Shown here piece after piece: positions 19,550-30,094 of a DNA stretch of 64,000 nt. A program made the position numbers and the translations under genes. The stretch covers positions 7,304 through 71,303 of the forward strand of contig JBGCEP010000035.1 in assembly GCA_045106415.1 (NCBI GenBank), written 5' to 3'. The DNA comes from Oligoflexales bacterium (GTDB lineage: Bacteria > Bdellovibrionota_B > Oligoflexia > Oligoflexales > Bog-1112). The notes under the pieces were generated by a model, which did no database searches, had not been told where the DNA came from, and worked only from the letters and a program-made list of their open reading frames with translations. Within the stretch, counting starts at the first letter, position 1; every line of letters begins with the position of its first letter.

Positions 19550-20746
19550 ATGAAAATTGCGTTTGTAGTCCAAAGATACGGTGAAGATGTTTTGGGCGGA
19601 GCTGAAAATCAAGCGCGTTTTGTAGCGGAAAGGCTCGTCCGACAAGGCTTAGATGTCACGGTACTCACAACCACATCGAAGGACCACTTGAAGTGGGATG
19701 ATTTTTTTCCGGCAGGGCATTCTACTTTGAACGGTGTGAAAATCCAGAGATTCTTGGTCACAAAACGTAAACAATTCTTTTTTAAGTTATATCACCATGG
19801 TGTCAGATTTTTTTTGAAAAGGCACCGATTTTTCGATGGTTTCAAGCCTCTCGTACAGGCTATAGATGCTCTGTGGTTTGTTTTGCAGGGGCCTGTGATG
19901 CAAGGTTTGTCGCCAATTCTTAAAGATTATGATTGTTTATTTTTCTTTACTTATCTCTATGCGCCGACTGTTTTTGGCTTGCCTCAAGTTTATGAAAAAG
20001 CAGTATTAGTACCTGAAGCTCATGATGAAGACCCATTTTATTTTCCTTCTATCGCATCTCTTTTTCAGTATAGTAAATATGTTTTTTTTAATACAAATGC
20101 AGAACGAGATTTAGCTACAGGGTGCGGATATCTTTTTTCTTCACAATCCTGGGTCGTGGGATGTGGTGTTGATATTGAGGAGCGATGTTTGCAAACTTCT
20201 GTGAAGCCAGGGCAAAAAAGATCTCGTAAATTTTTGCTTTTTATGGGGCGCTTTGACGAAAAAAAAGGGGTTTCAAAACTTTTATCTTTTTATCAATCTT
20301 ACCGAGATCTGGCTAACGACCCGTTGGACTTAGTGATGATAGGGGATGGTGTTGAAAAGTTAGGTCATGAGATTCCGGGCGTTAAAACTCTTGGGTTTGT
20401 GTCTGCGGAAACTAGAAATGGTTTGCTCGCTGAAGCTCAAGCGGTTGTGAGCTTCTCTCAGCAGGAAAGTTTGTCGCTTGTTGTGTTAGAAGCTTTATCA
20501 GTGGGAACGCCTGTTCTGTTGGGTGCGACCTGTCAGGTATTTGAAGACTACTCTAAACAGGTTCCTCTTGTGCGCCTTTGCAGAACAGCTGACATTTTTT
20601 GCGCAGAGGTACAAGGCCTTCATAGTTCTTTTTCGAAGGAACAAATTCTCTTTTCTCAAGAGTGGGTTCAAAAAAACTATGGCTGGAATCGAGTTTTAGA
20701 AATGTATAAAACTTTAGCGAAGCACTGTATGAATGTTGCCGGATAA
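19550..20746 (+). CDS. GT-B fold glycosyltransferase (family 4-like)
   Basis: MKIAFVVQRYGEDVLGGAENQ N-terminus and a C-terminal EX7E-type segment QESLSLVVLEALSVGTPVL. Confidence 0.8.
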   Translation: MKIAFVVQRYGEDVLGGAENQARFVAERLVRQGLDVTVLTTTSKDHLKWDDFFPAGHSTLNGVKIQRFLVTKRKQFFFKLYHHGVRFFLKRHRFFDGFKPLVQAIDALWFVLQGPVMQGLSPILKDYDCLFFFTYLYAPTVFGLPQVYEKAVLVPEAHDEDPFYFPSIASLFQYSKYVFFNTNAERDLATGCGYLFSSQSWVVGCGVDIEERCLQTSVKPGQKRSRKFLLFMGRFDEKKGVSKLLSFYQSYRDLANDPLDLVMIGDGVEKLGHEIPGVKTLGFVSAETRNGLLAEAQAVVSFSQQESLSLVVLEALSVGTPVLLGATCQVFEDYSKQVPLVRLCRTADIFCAEVQGLHSSFSKEQILFSQEWVQKNYGWNRVLEMYKTLAKHCMNVAG

Positions 20747-20776
20747 AGATTTGAAAATCTGAGCTATGATGCAGCT

Positions 20777-21535
20777 ATGAAGACTTTAAAGATTCAATCT
20801 TATGGCCTTACCGACACAGGAACTGTTCGATCTTCGAATCAGGATGCGTTCTGTTGTGATGAAGCGGCTTTGTTATTTGGTGTTGCTGATGGAATGGGCG
20901 GGCACCGAGGTGGTGAAGTTGCGAGTCATCTATCTTTAAAGGCGATTTCCGATTTTTTACAACCTTATCAAAATGCGCCTAAAGAGAATTGGTCTCATCT
21001 TATGCGCACTTCTGTGCAGATAGCTTGCAGAGAAGTTTATGATCGTTCGCTAGAAGAAATTTCTTTATTTGGGATGGGAACAACAGCGACGATTATGAAG
21101 ATTTTTGATTCTCATGCGTGTATTGCGCATGTTGGTGATTCACGTTTGCACCTTGTGCGAGCAGGATTTTTATATCAAATCACAAAAGATCACTCTCTTG
21201 TGCAGGAGCAAGTCGATGCCGGTTTATTGACTCAAGAAGAAGCGTCTCATCATAGATTGAGGCATGTTGTGAGTCGATGTGTAGGGTATCAGCCAGATGA
21301 ATTAGTTGATGTATATACACTGAAACTTGAAAACTCTGACAGAATTCTCATCACAAGTGATGGTTTGCATCAGTATGTCAGCGATGAATTTATAATTGAT
21401 ATGGTACAAAGTTCTCCGAAAGAGGCGTGTCAAAAAAGTATATCGAGAGCGACAGAGGCGGGGAGTGATGATAATATGACGGCGGTCGTCGTCGCTTTTG
21501 ATCGTGAAATACCTGAAAAAAAGAGGGCAGTGTGA
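20777..21535 (+). CDS. PP2C-family Ser/Thr protein phosphatase
   Basis: PP2C motifs: RSSNQDAF, GVADGMGGHRGGEVAS, ITSDGL, GSDDNMTAVVV. Confidence 0.9.
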   Translation: MKTLKIQSYGLTDTGTVRSSNQDAFCCDEAALLFGVADGMGGHRGGEVASHLSLKAISDFLQPYQNAPKENWSHLMRTSVQIACREVYDRSLEEISLFGMGTTATIMKIFDSHACIAHVGDSRLHLVRAGFLYQITKDHSLVQEQVDAGLLTQEEASHHRLRHVVSRCVGYQPDELVDVYTLKLENSDRILITSDGLHQYVSDEFIIDMVQSSPKEACQKSISRATEAGSDDNMTAVVVAFDREIPEKKRAV

Positions 21536-22494
21536 GACGAACAACAATTATGATTGTGCCGAGTGGTTATCACAAGGTCTTGCAATTCTCGATTCCGCAA
21601 TTTTATTTTAAATTACTATCGCCTCTTTTGTTGTTCTTAGGTTTTTTGATTGGTGGTGGTTTTGCCGATTATCTACGCCTTCGAGAAGTTCAGTCATCAT
21701 TTAATAGTTTGCAGGTCGAGAATAGAGATTTAAAGGGCGAGGCCAAAATGTTGGTGTCGCGCCTGAAAACTGTAAAATTAGATCTTGCTAAAATTCAAGA
21801 TTATACTGAAAAACTTAGTGAAATGATGTCGCTGCCGGTGAATCAGGTGAGTCAAAAAACAGGCATAGGGCCTCTGGTGCAAGAAGATTATCATATGACC
21901 CCATCGGGAGTTGATGTCATGAGGATGCCAGCTGCCTTAAAGGTGGATGAATTGAAGTTTCGGAATTTATTTGATGAATTAAACGATCTAGGGAGAGAAT
22001 CTTCCTTACAGGCGATGAGTCTGCAAAAGTTAATGTCGACGTTGACGACAAAGCGGTCCTTGTTAAATCATATTCCGACGATGGCGCCTGTGAAAGGTTG
22101 GGTTGCCAGTCGCTTTGGCATGAGAACATCCCCATTTACAGGGCGGCAAACGATGCATAAAGGGATGGATATTGCTGCAAATATAGGAACCCCAATTCGG
22201 GCTCCAGCTGATGGTGTTGTCGTTTTTTCTGGAAAAAAATCAGGCTTTGGTAATTTTGTTGTGATTGCTCATGAATTTGGTGTGGTGAGCCGTTATGGGC
22301 ATAATGCTCAAAACACTGTGCGTGCTGGCCAACGAGTTCGAAGAGGTGAGCAAATTGCAACAGTTGGAATGACAGGAAGAACCACAGGGCCTCACCTGCA
22401 CTATGAAGTTTGGGTGAATAGTCAGCCAGTCAATCCAAATCGTTTCATTTTTAATTCAGATCATCCACTTCTAGCATTTCGTTCAGATCTTTAA
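21532..22494 (+). CDS. M23-family metallopeptidase (murein endopeptidase / EnvC-NlpD-like)
   Basis: N-terminal TM helix plus a coiled-coil segment. C-terminal LytM domain with HKGMDIAANIGTPIRAPADG (HxxxD) and GPHLHYEV (HxH). The GTG start overlaps the PP2C stop (GTGA). Confidence 0.85.
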   Translation: MRRTTIMIVPSGYHKVLQFSIPQFYFKLLSPLLLFLGFLIGGGFADYLRLREVQSSFNSLQVENRDLKGEAKMLVSRLKTVKLDLAKIQDYTEKLSEMMSLPVNQVSQKTGIGPLVQEDYHMTPSGVDVMRMPAALKVDELKFRNLFDELNDLGRESSLQAMSLQKLMSTLTTKRSLLNHIPTMAPVKGWVASRFGMRTSPFTGRQTMHKGMDIAANIGTPIRAPADGVVVFSGKKSGFGNFVVIAHEFGVVSRYGHNAQNTVRAGQRVRRGEQIATVGMTGRTTGPHLHYEVWVNSQPVNPNRFIFNSDHPLLAFRSDL

Positions 22495-22606
22495 ATGTTA
22501 ATGTTGCTGGTTTTGTAAGCCTTCTCGGCGTAGAATGGGTGCGTCTCCAAATCAATTGAAGAAAATCAATGATTTGTGAGATGAGTCGCACAATGGAGAA
22601 AATACG

Positions 22607-25213
22607 ATGAAGATTTTGACAAAAATATTTGGGACACGCAACGATAAGACAATTAAAAGTTTGCAGCCTATTGTTGCGAAAATTAATTCCTTAGAGCCTC
22701 GTTTTCAAGCTATGACAGATGAAGAACTTAGAGGGTGTACAGCGGACTATCGTCGTCGCTTTGAAGGAGGTGAGTCATTAGATCTTATCCTTCCGGAAGC
22801 GTTTGCAACATGCCGAGAAGCTTCTCAGAGAGCTTTGGGGCAGAGGCATTATGATGTCCAACTCCTTGGTGGAATTGTGTTGCACCAAGGCCGTATTGCA
22901 GAAATGAAAACCGGTGAAGGGAAGACTCTTACAGCAACGCTTCCTGCTTATTTACATGGTTTGAGTGGGCAAGGTGCGCATGTTGTTACAGTAAATGAAT
23001 ATCTTGCAACTCGAGACGCAGAGTGGATGGGGAAAGTTTTTGAATTTCTCGGTTTAACGACTGGAGTGATTTGCAATGGCGCTTCACCTGAAGAAAGGCG
23101 AGACGCTTATGCTGCGGATGTTACTTACGGCACGAATAATGAATTTGGGTTTGATTATTTGCGCGATAACATGGCTGCAGAAAGAGAGAGACTAGTGCAA
23201 CGAGGGCATAGTTTTGCCATTGTTGATGAAGTTGATTCTATTTTAATTGATGAAGCTCGAACTCCCCTTATTATTTCAGGGCCTGCTGAGACACAAACAG
23301 AGCGTTACGGAGTTGTTAATACTGCAATTGCAGGTGTCCAAAAAGATAGTGATTATGTTGTTGATGAAAAAAGCCGTAATGTCAGCCTTACAGAAGACGG
23401 TGTTGCTAAAATGGAGAAACGGCTACGTATTCATAATTTATACGAGCCAGAGCATGTAGAGTGGTTACATCATATTCAGCAAGCCTTAAAAGCGCATGTT
23501 TTATTCAAAAAAGATGTTGATTATGTTGTTCGTGATAATCAAGTCATTATTGTTGATGAGTTTACGGGTCGTTTGATGGCAGGTCGCCGTTATAGTGATG
23601 GGTTGCATGGAGCTCTTGAAGCCAAAGAACATGTTCCGATTCAGCGAGAGACACAAACTCTTGCAACGATTACATTCCAAAACTATTTCAGACTTTATCA
23701 AACTTTGTCTGGCATGACAGGAACAGCAGACACAGAGGCTGTTGAATTTAAGAAAATTTATAATCTTGACGTTGTTGTGATGCCAACCAACAGGCCTCTT
23801 GTTCGTGAAGATCTTGAAGATGTGATTTATCGAACAGCAAGAGAAAAGTATGAGGCAATCGCAGCTGAAATTCAAAAAGCTCAAGCGAAAGGCCAGCCTG
23901 TTTTGGTAGGGACAGCATCTGTTGAGCGCTCTGAATTATTATCACGTTTGTTGAATCAGCTAAAAGTTCCTCATGAAGTTTTGAATGCAAAACAGCACGC
24001 AAGAGAAGCGGGTATTATTGCGACGGCTGGCCATAAAGGCCGAGTAACTATTGCAACGAATATGGCAGGCCGAGGAACGGATATTGGACTTGGTGATGGT
24101 GTTAGAGAGCTTGGGGGACTTTATGTTGTTGCGACTGAGAGAAATGAATCTCGTCGTATTGATAATCAATTGCGAGGTCGCTCAGGCCGTCAAGGAGACC
24201 CAGGGAAATCACAATTTTTCTTGTCCTTAGAAGATGACCTTATGCGAATTTTTGCATCTGATCGTATGTCGGCCATTATGAGCCGTTTAGGAATGGAAGA
24301 AGGTGAGGCTATTGTCGCTCCGATGGTGACGCGTGCTATCGAACGCGCACAAAAACGAGTTGAAGAGCAAAATTTCTCAAGTCGTAAAAATGTTCTGGAA
24401 TATGATGACGTTATGAGTCAACAGCGACAGGTTGTTTATACGTCGCGGCGCAAAGCTCTCTACGGAGAGAAGAGTGTCGACTTTATGGAAGATTGTCTTC
24501 ATCGTATGTTTCATACTCTTGTGTCTCACTTTTCTCCAGAGAATGCAGACACTCTAGGGTGGGATCTTCAAGGTGTCGAGAACGAAGTTAAAAAAGAATT
24601 AGGTATTTCGGTTTCTTTAAAAGAGTCTTTAGATGAGCAAAACTGTGGAATGGATCAAATTTTAGATGCTCTACAAGATCAGGTGATGACTCATTATGAA
24701 AAGAAATGTTCTGCTTTAACGAATGAGCAGTTAGCCGAATTAGAAGCTTTCTTATTCTTACAGATTGTTGACTCGAATTGGAAAGATCATCTTTTAAGCA
24801 TGGATGCTTTAAAAGATTCTGTGAGTTTGAGAGGGTATGGCCAAAGAGATCCTTTACAAGAGTATAAAAAAGAAGCTTTCAACCTGTTTACTGGCATGAT
24901 GCATCAAATCGAAGAACAAACATGTTTAACGCTTATCAAAATGCCGACGCCAACATTAAAGAGTGTAGAAGAAGCTGAGCTGAATCAGCGGGATATTGAC
25001 ATGGAAGAGCTTGATTATCAGCATCCAACTGCAGAATTGCCGCAAAATTCCGATGATGACAATATGGTCTATCACGGTAGCCAAGTATCGAACCGTGAAA
25101 AACCACGAGCTCAAACGATTCGTAGAGATCATGAGAAGGTTGGGCGAAATGATCCTTGCCCGTGTGGCTCGGGTAAGAAGTTTAAAAAGTGTCATGGAAT
25201 TAATACAAAATAA
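22607..25213 (+). CDS. secA: Preprotein translocase ATPase SecA
   Basis: 868 aa with MKTGEGKTL (Walker A), [21 protein letters not shown] and the C-terminal zinc finger [14 protein letters not shown]. Confidence 0.97.
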   Translation: MKILTKIFGTRNDKTIKSLQPIVAKINSLEPRFQAMTDEELRGCTADYRRRFEGGESLDLILPEAFATCREASQRALGQRHYDVQLLGGIVLHQGRIAEMKTGEGKTLTATLPAYLHGLSGQGAHVVTVNEYLATRDAEWMGKVFEFLGLTTGVICNGASPEERRDAYAADVTYGTNNEFGFDYLRDNMAAERERLVQRGHSFAIVDEVDSILIDEARTPLIISGPAETQTERYGVVNTAIAGVQKDSDYVVDEKSRNVSLTEDGVAKMEKRLRIHNLYEPEHVEWLHHIQQALKAHVLFKKDVDYVVRDNQVIIVDEFTGRLMAGRRYSDGLHGALEAKEHVPIQRETQTLATITFQNYFRLYQTLSGMTGTADTEAVEFKKIYNLDVVVMPTNRPLVREDLEDVIYRTAREKYEAIAAEIQKAQAKGQPVLVGTASVERSELLSRLLNQLKVPHEVLNAKQHAREAGIIATAGHKGRVTIATNMAGRGTDIGLGDGVRELGGLYVVATERNESRRIDNQLRGRSGRQGDPGKSQFFLSLEDDLMRIFASDRMSAIMSRLGMEEGEAIVAPMVTRAIERAQKRVEEQNFSSRKNVLEYDDVMSQQRQVVYTSRRKALYGEKSVDFMEDCLHRMFHTLVSHFSPENADTLGWDLQGVENEVKKELGISVSLKESLDEQNCGMDQILDALQDQVMTHYEKKCSALTNEQLAELEAFLFLQIVDSNWKDHLLSMDALKDSVSLRGYGQRDPLQEYKKEAFNLFTGMMHQIEEQTCLTLIKMPTPTLKSVEEAELNQRDIDMEELDYQHPTAELPQNSDDDNMVYHGSQVSNREKPRAQTIRRDHEKVGRNDPCPCGSGKKFKKCHGINTK

Positions 25214-25222
25214 GGTGAGTTC

Positions 25223-25540
25223 ATGGGGAAGCTGCAAGAATATGAGATGCGCTCAAAAGATATTGTTCTTGAAAGAATAGTGAGTCAGCTAGAGCACCGA
25301 TTGTTAAAAGCTTCTCATGACCCTGATACAGCCTTAATGCCAAAAGAGAAATCTGAGCAAAATACCCCTATGATAGAAGAAATCGCTGATACCAGAGAGC
25401 CTGTGTCTCGTCCGGTATCAGCGATTACTCCACCTAAAAGTCCGTTAGAAGAGAGCTCACGGTTGTGGAGTCTTTTTTCGATCGTTGCGGGCATTGTGGG
25501 TGGGTGGTTTGTGTGGTACGCAGCCAACCACTTTGTTTAA
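25223..25540 (+). CDS. Hypothetical small tail-anchored membrane protein
   Basis: 105-aa ORF with AAGGTGAG upstream and a single C-terminal TM helix (LWSLFSIVAGIVGGWFVWYAA). No recognisable family. Confidence 0.45.
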   Translation: MGKLQEYEMRSKDIVLERIVSQLEHRLLKASHDPDTALMPKEKSEQNTPMIEEIADTREPVSRPVSAITPPKSPLEESSRLWSLFSIVAGIVGGWFVWYAANHFV

Positions 25541-26268
25541 CTCTCTACACACTCGCCATCTGCAGCAAGTTGTTGAAGTTCGTAGATAGGTTCAAGCGCA
25601 CCACCTGCAGCATCAATGATTTGGCTAACTTGTTCTTTATTAAAAACAGCGCCTTCACCAGTCCCTTGAATTTCCATGAGAGCCATCCCTGGACACATGA
25701 CGATATTCATATCAAGGTCTGCTTCACTGTCTTCAGTGTAGTCAGGATCGACGCGGAGTTCTCCATTTTTCAATGCAACCCCTACGGCGGCAACCTGATT
25801 TTTAATTGGGTTGTGCTGAAGTCGTCCTGCTTTCATTAATTTGTCGACTGCGAGCTTTAAAGAAATCCATGCTCCGGTGATAGCTGCTGTGCGAGTTCCT
25901 GCATCAGCTTGTAAAACATCACAGTCGATCATGAAGGTTTTGTCTGGACATAGTGATAAGTCGACAACCCCACGAAGACTTCTTCCGATAAGTCTTTGAA
26001 TTTCTTGCGTTCTGCCGCTTGTGTGAGAGCGTTCTCTACGGACTCTTTCAGGGCTTGATCCTGGCAGCATACTGTATTCTGCTGTGAGCCACCCTCGTGA
26101 GTGGCGTTGAGATCTCATCCATCCTGGCACACCGTCATCGACAGATGTGGTGCAAAGAACACGGGTGTCACCCGTTTCGATCAGGACACTACCAGTTGGA
26201 TTCGATGTGTAGTGAGGAGTGATTCGAATAGGTCTCATTTCAATAGAAGATCTACCATTTTTTCGCAT
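25537..26268 (-). CDS. rph: Ribonuclease PH
   Basis: RPIRITPHYTSNPTGSVLIETGDTRVLCT and TAAITGAWISL. ATG 26268 is preceded by AAGGTG. The ORF-track GTG at 26277 is the alternative. Confidence 0.93.
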   Translation of the reverse strand: MRKNGRSSIEMRPIRITPHYTSNPTGSVLIETGDTRVLCTTSVDDGVPGWMRSQRHSRGWLTAEYSMLPGSSPERVRRERSHTSGRTQEIQRLIGRSLRGVVDLSLCPDKTFMIDCDVLQADAGTRTAAITGAWISLKLAVDKLMKAGRLQHNPIKNQVAAVGVALKNGELRVDPDYTEDSEADLDMNIVMCPGMALMEIQGTGEGAVFNKEQVSQIIDAAGGALEPIYELQQLAADGECVES

Positions 26269-26404
26269 AATATTCACCTTGAACTGACGGTCGTTACAGC
26301 GTTAGCGGACACCATAACGAATGGATTCTCTTGTGTCTAGAATTTGTCATCGTTTCATAACTTCAGCGCTATTATAAGCTTTACCATCACCATGAATTTT
26401 CGTA

Positions 26405-26836
26405 TTAGGAGCGATAAAAATGATATTTTCTTTGCTCTCCGTGGTTAGCGAGGTCTATTTTTAAAATATGAGTTGGTGGGATGAAGTCGTCGCTCTTATT
26501 TGGCGGCCATTCAAGAAAAATTCCATTAAATTTTCTGTCAAGGACCCACTCAAGGTCATCTTGAAACCCGTCTTCACCAATTCGATATAAGTCCATATGT
26601 GCAAAAATTTGGTCACCCACAGCATATTCATTAATATATGTGTAGGTTGGCGACTGCACAGGCATTCTGCGATCAAGCCCGAGTTGATAAAGAAGAGTCC
26701 GTGTTATTGTGCTTTTCCCTGCACCTGGTTCACCGTGAAGCCATAAGCAAAACGGGTCAGAAAGTTCTTTTAAAATATTTGTTCCAAGTTCTTCAAGTGC
26801 GCTGGCTGCTTTAGTTTTCTGCCATAGGAGTGTCAT
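26405..26836 (-). CDS. tsaE: tRNA t6A37 biosynthesis ATPase TsaE
   Basis: P-loop LHGEPGAGKST plus SPTYTYINEY. ATG 26836 gives a typical length of about 143 aa. The ORF-track start at 26935 lies deep inside glmM. Confidence 0.8.
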   Translation of the reverse strand: MTLLWQKTKAASALEELGTNILKELSDPFCLWLHGEPGAGKSTITRTLLYQLGLDRRMPVQSPTYTYINEYAVGDQIFAHMDLYRIGEDGFQDDLEWVLDRKFNGIFLEWPPNKSDDFIPPTHILKIDLANHGEQRKYHFYRS

Positions 26837-28211
26837 TATTTTTTCGTCCCCCGGTATATTGACGGATAGATTCCATTGTTTCATGAATGATTTTTGATGC
26901 CATATTTTCAATAACATCTTGGTTTGCACCTTCAACCATTACGCGTGCTTTATGTTCTGTGCCTGAGTACCGAAATAAGACGCGTCCATGGTCACCAAGA
27001 GATTTTTCACACTCTTGGATGAGCTTTTTTAAGCTCGGAAGCTCTTGTACAGGAACTTTCTCAATAACGTCAACGTTTCTTAAAACTTGCGGCATGAGCT
27101 CCATGCATTGTTTGAGCTCATAGACGCTTTTTCCTTTTTCGATAATAATTTCGAGTAATGAAAGAGCTGCTAAAAGACCGTCACCAGTTGTAGCGCAATC
27201 ATGAAAAATAAGATGCCCAGATTGTTCACCTCCTAAGTTATAAGCTCCTTTGCGCATTTCTGCGACGACATTACGGTCGCCAACAGCTGTGCGAACGACT
27301 CGTCCCCCAAGGTCGGAAAGACACCGGTCAAGTCCCATATTACTCATAATGGTGGCAACAAGTGTTTGCTCTGCGAGGCGTTTTTCTTCTAAGTAGTGCT
27401 GTGCACAAATCGCGAGTATTTGATCGCCGTCGACGATTTGAGCTTTATTATCTACAACGATGAGTCGGTCAGCGTCACCATCGAGAGCAATGCCTATATC
27501 AGCTTTATAGAGACTGACTTTTTCGACGAGGTCTTGAGGGTGTAATGCACCGCATTGATCGTTAATATTTGTTCCATCAGGTTGATTTCCGAGCACGAAG
27601 ACCTCAGCGCCTAACTCTTCGAACACCTTTGGTGCAACGCGATAAGCAGCACCGTGAGCACAATCAAGCACGATGCGAAAACCTTCCAAAGTAAGATGTT
27701 TTGGGAATTGTTCTTTTAGAAAGACTGCGTATTGGCCCATGGCGTCATCAATCCGGCGGCTTGTTCCAACAGCTCGACCTGTGGGTAAGTTTATAGCAAG
27801 ATCTTTCGAGAAAACTTTCTCTGTGAGAGCAATCTCAGCGGAGTCAGGGAGTTTGTAGCCGTCGGAAGAAAAAATTTTGATACCGTTATCATAGTAAGGA
27901 TTGTGCGACGCTGATAAAACAATACCGGCGCTGGCTCGCATCCCTCGTGTAAGATAGGCAATTCCTGGGGTTGGGAGAGGGCCAAGAAGAGCAGTGTCAA
28001 CACCAACGCTACAAATGCCAGCCGAGAGAGCTTGCTCTAATAGATACCCGCTACGCCGTGTATCTTTACCAATAAGAACCCGTGGTTTTTGATGATTTTG
28101 TTTGAGTGAGAGACCAATGGCTTGTCCGAGTTTTAAGACCATATCAGGAGAAATTGGGTAATGGTTGGCGCGTCCACGAATACCATCTGTTCCAAAAATT
28201 TTCTCAGCCAT
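26811..28211 (-). CDS. glmM: Phosphoglucosamine mutase GlmM
   Basis: FGTDGIRG, the phosphoserine loop SASHNPYYDNGIKIF, and LDGDADRLIVVD. Confidence 0.95.
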   Translation of the reverse strand: MAEKIFGTDGIRGRANHYPISPDMVLKLGQAIGLSLKQNHQKPRVLIGKDTRRSGYLLEQALSAGICSVGVDTALLGPLPTPGIAYLTRGMRASAGIVLSASHNPYYDNGIKIFSSDGYKLPDSAEIALTEKVFSKDLAINLPTGRAVGTSRRIDDAMGQYAVFLKEQFPKHLTLEGFRIVLDCAHGAAYRVAPKVFEELGAEVFVLGNQPDGTNINDQCGALHPQDLVEKVSLYKADIGIALDGDADRLIVVDNKAQIVDGDQILAICAQHYLEEKRLAEQTLVATIMSNMGLDRCLSDLGGRVVRTAVGDRNVVAEMRKGAYNLGGEQSGHLIFHDCATTGDGLLAALSLLEIIIEKGKSVYELKQCMELMPQVLRNVDVIEKVPVQELPSLKKLIQECEKSLGDHGRVLFRYSGTEHKARVMVEGANQDVIENMASKIIHETMESIRQYTGGRKNNDTPMAEN

Positions 28212-28287
28212 GTATGAACTCCATCCATTGATTTTCTAAGTGTGAATGTCTATTGAGTATTGAAAAAACTTATTTTCAATAGATCAG

Positions 28288-29241
28288 CTATTCTACACGG
28301 GATTCGTCTAGAATTTCTACTATTGCATTTTCTGGTGTTGTTTCAATTAAAACTGTATCTGGAGGGATTTTAATTTGAATTTTTTTCTCATGTTTGCCTG
28401 GTGGTAAATCCCTGATGTCGATAAAAGCACGTAAGTCGCTGCGACGTACGAAGCTGAGGACTCCTGGAGTTCCTTGGATAATAATTGAAGCATACCGAGG
28501 GCGAACAATGACAGGCGATGTTGTTTCCACTTCAATAGGTATAGAGCGAAAACGTCTGTTGATTTTTCGGTCTCCAACACGGAGATTGACTTTGACTGTG
28601 TCGAAACCAAGTTGTAATGGAGATTTGAGTTGCGCTTCAAAACTAGCTGTTTTTTGAAGGCCAGAAATATCAATAAGATTTGTTTCAATGTGGGTTGTCG
28701 AGGCAAGTTTTGATTCCATACCTGTCACCTCCACTTCAGATGGAGTGATAGAGATTTCTGTGATCATATAACCTTCTGCAGGCACGCCTTTCAGATTTTC
28801 TTGAATGGGGATGGTGCGTTTGACTTCTTGATCAACATAAACCACTACGTAAGGATCGTGAATAGTCATTCGAACTCTTCTGTCCAGGTTTTGAAAGTAT
28901 TTTTTACTAATGAGATAACGAATCTGGCCATTGCGTGTTGTTGGTATTTGAATATTTGCAGTGAGCTTATCTTGAGGTGCAAGCAGGCCTCGAGGCCCAG
29001 ATAAGGTAACATCTTTGTCGCAAACGATAGAAGAAGTGACGTCTGGTTGTTCTCTGCAACCATTAACTCCTTGAATTAAATAGCCATTAGGAACTGTGAT
29101 CGTAACCTTAGCGCGTTTGTTAAGCTCGAGGGTCTCCTCTCCTTGGACGCCATACCAAATCAAAGCAGAGGTGGTGAGAGCTGCAAATTTATATTGGAGA
29201 TTGTGAAAAAAAAAGGATGTCATTTTGTTTTGGTGCATCAT
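28288..29241 (-). CDS. cdaR: YbbR-domain protein (CdaR-like regulator of diadenylate cyclase)
   Basis: 317 aa with an N-terminal TM helix followed by a repetitive beta-rich region. It lies immediately downstream of cdaA (1-nt gap) and upstream of glmM, as in the cdaA-cdaR-glmM operon. The call rests on architecture and synteny. Confidence 0.7.
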   Translation of the reverse strand: MMHQNKMTSFFFHNLQYKFAALTTSALIWYGVQGEETLELNKRAKVTITVPNGYLIQGVNGCREQPDVTSSIVCDKDVTLSGPRGLLAPQDKLTANIQIPTTRNGQIRYLISKKYFQNLDRRVRMTIHDPYVVVYVDQEVKRTIPIQENLKGVPAEGYMITEISITPSEVEVTGMESKLASTTHIETNLIDISGLQKTASFEAQLKSPLQLGFDTVKVNLRVGDRKINRRFRSIPIEVETTSPVIVRPRYASIIIQGTPGVLSFVRRSDLRAFIDIRDLPPGKHEKKIQIKIPPDTVLIETTPENAIVEILDESRVE

Positions 29242-29242
29242 G

Positions 29243-30079
29243 TTATTTTCCTATCCACTGTTTGCGGATACGTTCTAATATTTTTTCTGATTGAGTTGGT
29301 CTTGCTGTATCAACAGTGGCATATTCTGGTTCATCAATAAGGTGTCGGTGTAGAGATTTTTTTAATTCCGTAGCAGAGTTTTTCGTAAAGACTGTTCCGT
29401 CGACAACAATAGAATATTCTCCTGTTTCTTCTGAAACCAAAAGAACAACAGCATCAGTTTCTTGCGACATTCCAATCGCAGCTCGGTGTCGTGTTCCCAT
29501 ATGATTTCCTAAATTGGGGTCACGTGTTAGGGGTAAAAAACATCCCGCAGCGGATACTCGGCCTTGCTGAATAATAATGGCTCCGTCATGGATAGGGGAT
29601 GTTGGATGAAAAATGGCCATGAGAAGTTCTCGAGAAATTCTTGCATCAACTAAAACACCAATATCGACATAGCGATTTAAAATAATGTTGCGCTCTAGCA
29701 CAATTAGAGCGCCAACTTTTTGTGCAGCTAAAGAAAGAGTAACTCGTGTGATTTCGTCTAAAAGTTGATTGGAAGAAACTGTTTCCGAGCCAGAAATAAG
29801 AGGTTTTTGGCCAATTCGGCTTAATGCATCACGGATATCATCTTGAAATAAAATCACAATAATAAGCATCAAAGATGATGAAAATTTATTGATGAGCCAA
29901 TGCAGTGTGGTTAAAGGAAGAATGGAAGAAAGCAAAAATGTTAAAGTTACAAATCCAATTCCTGTCAGAATTTGAGCTGAGCGTGTTCCTCGAATGAGCA
30001 ATAGGACGTGATAAATCAGGATTGCAATTAATAGAATATCGAGGATAGCCCATCGGTCTATCTGTTCGATAATCCACAT
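29243..30079 (-). CDS. cdaA: Membrane-bound diadenylate cyclase CdaA (c-di-AMP synthase)
   Basis: Three N-terminal TM helices, then a DAC domain with the DGA (HDGAIII) and RHR (GTRHRAAIG) motifs. Confidence 0.9.
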   Translation of the reverse strand: MWIIEQIDRWAILDILLIAILIYHVLLLIRGTRSAQILTGIGFVTLTFLLSSILPLTTLHWLINKFSSSLMLIIVILFQDDIRDALSRIGQKPLISGSETVSSNQLLDEITRVTLSLAAQKVGALIVLERNIILNRYVDIGVLVDARISRELLMAIFHPTSPIHDGAIIIQQGRVSAAGCFLPLTRDPNLGNHMGTRHRAAIGMSQETDAVVLLVSEETGEYSIVVDGTVFTKNSATELKKSLHRHLIDEPEYATVDTARPTQSEKILERIRKQWIGK

Positions 30080-30094
30080 GATGTACGCTCCTTA

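Noticed and set aside
28212-28287. Imperfect hairpin CTATTGA...TCAATAG between cdaR and glmM as a possible attenuator
   Set aside because: Only the 7-bp outer arms pair, the interior is irregular, and no U-tract follows. This does not rise above chance in AT-rich spacer DNA.
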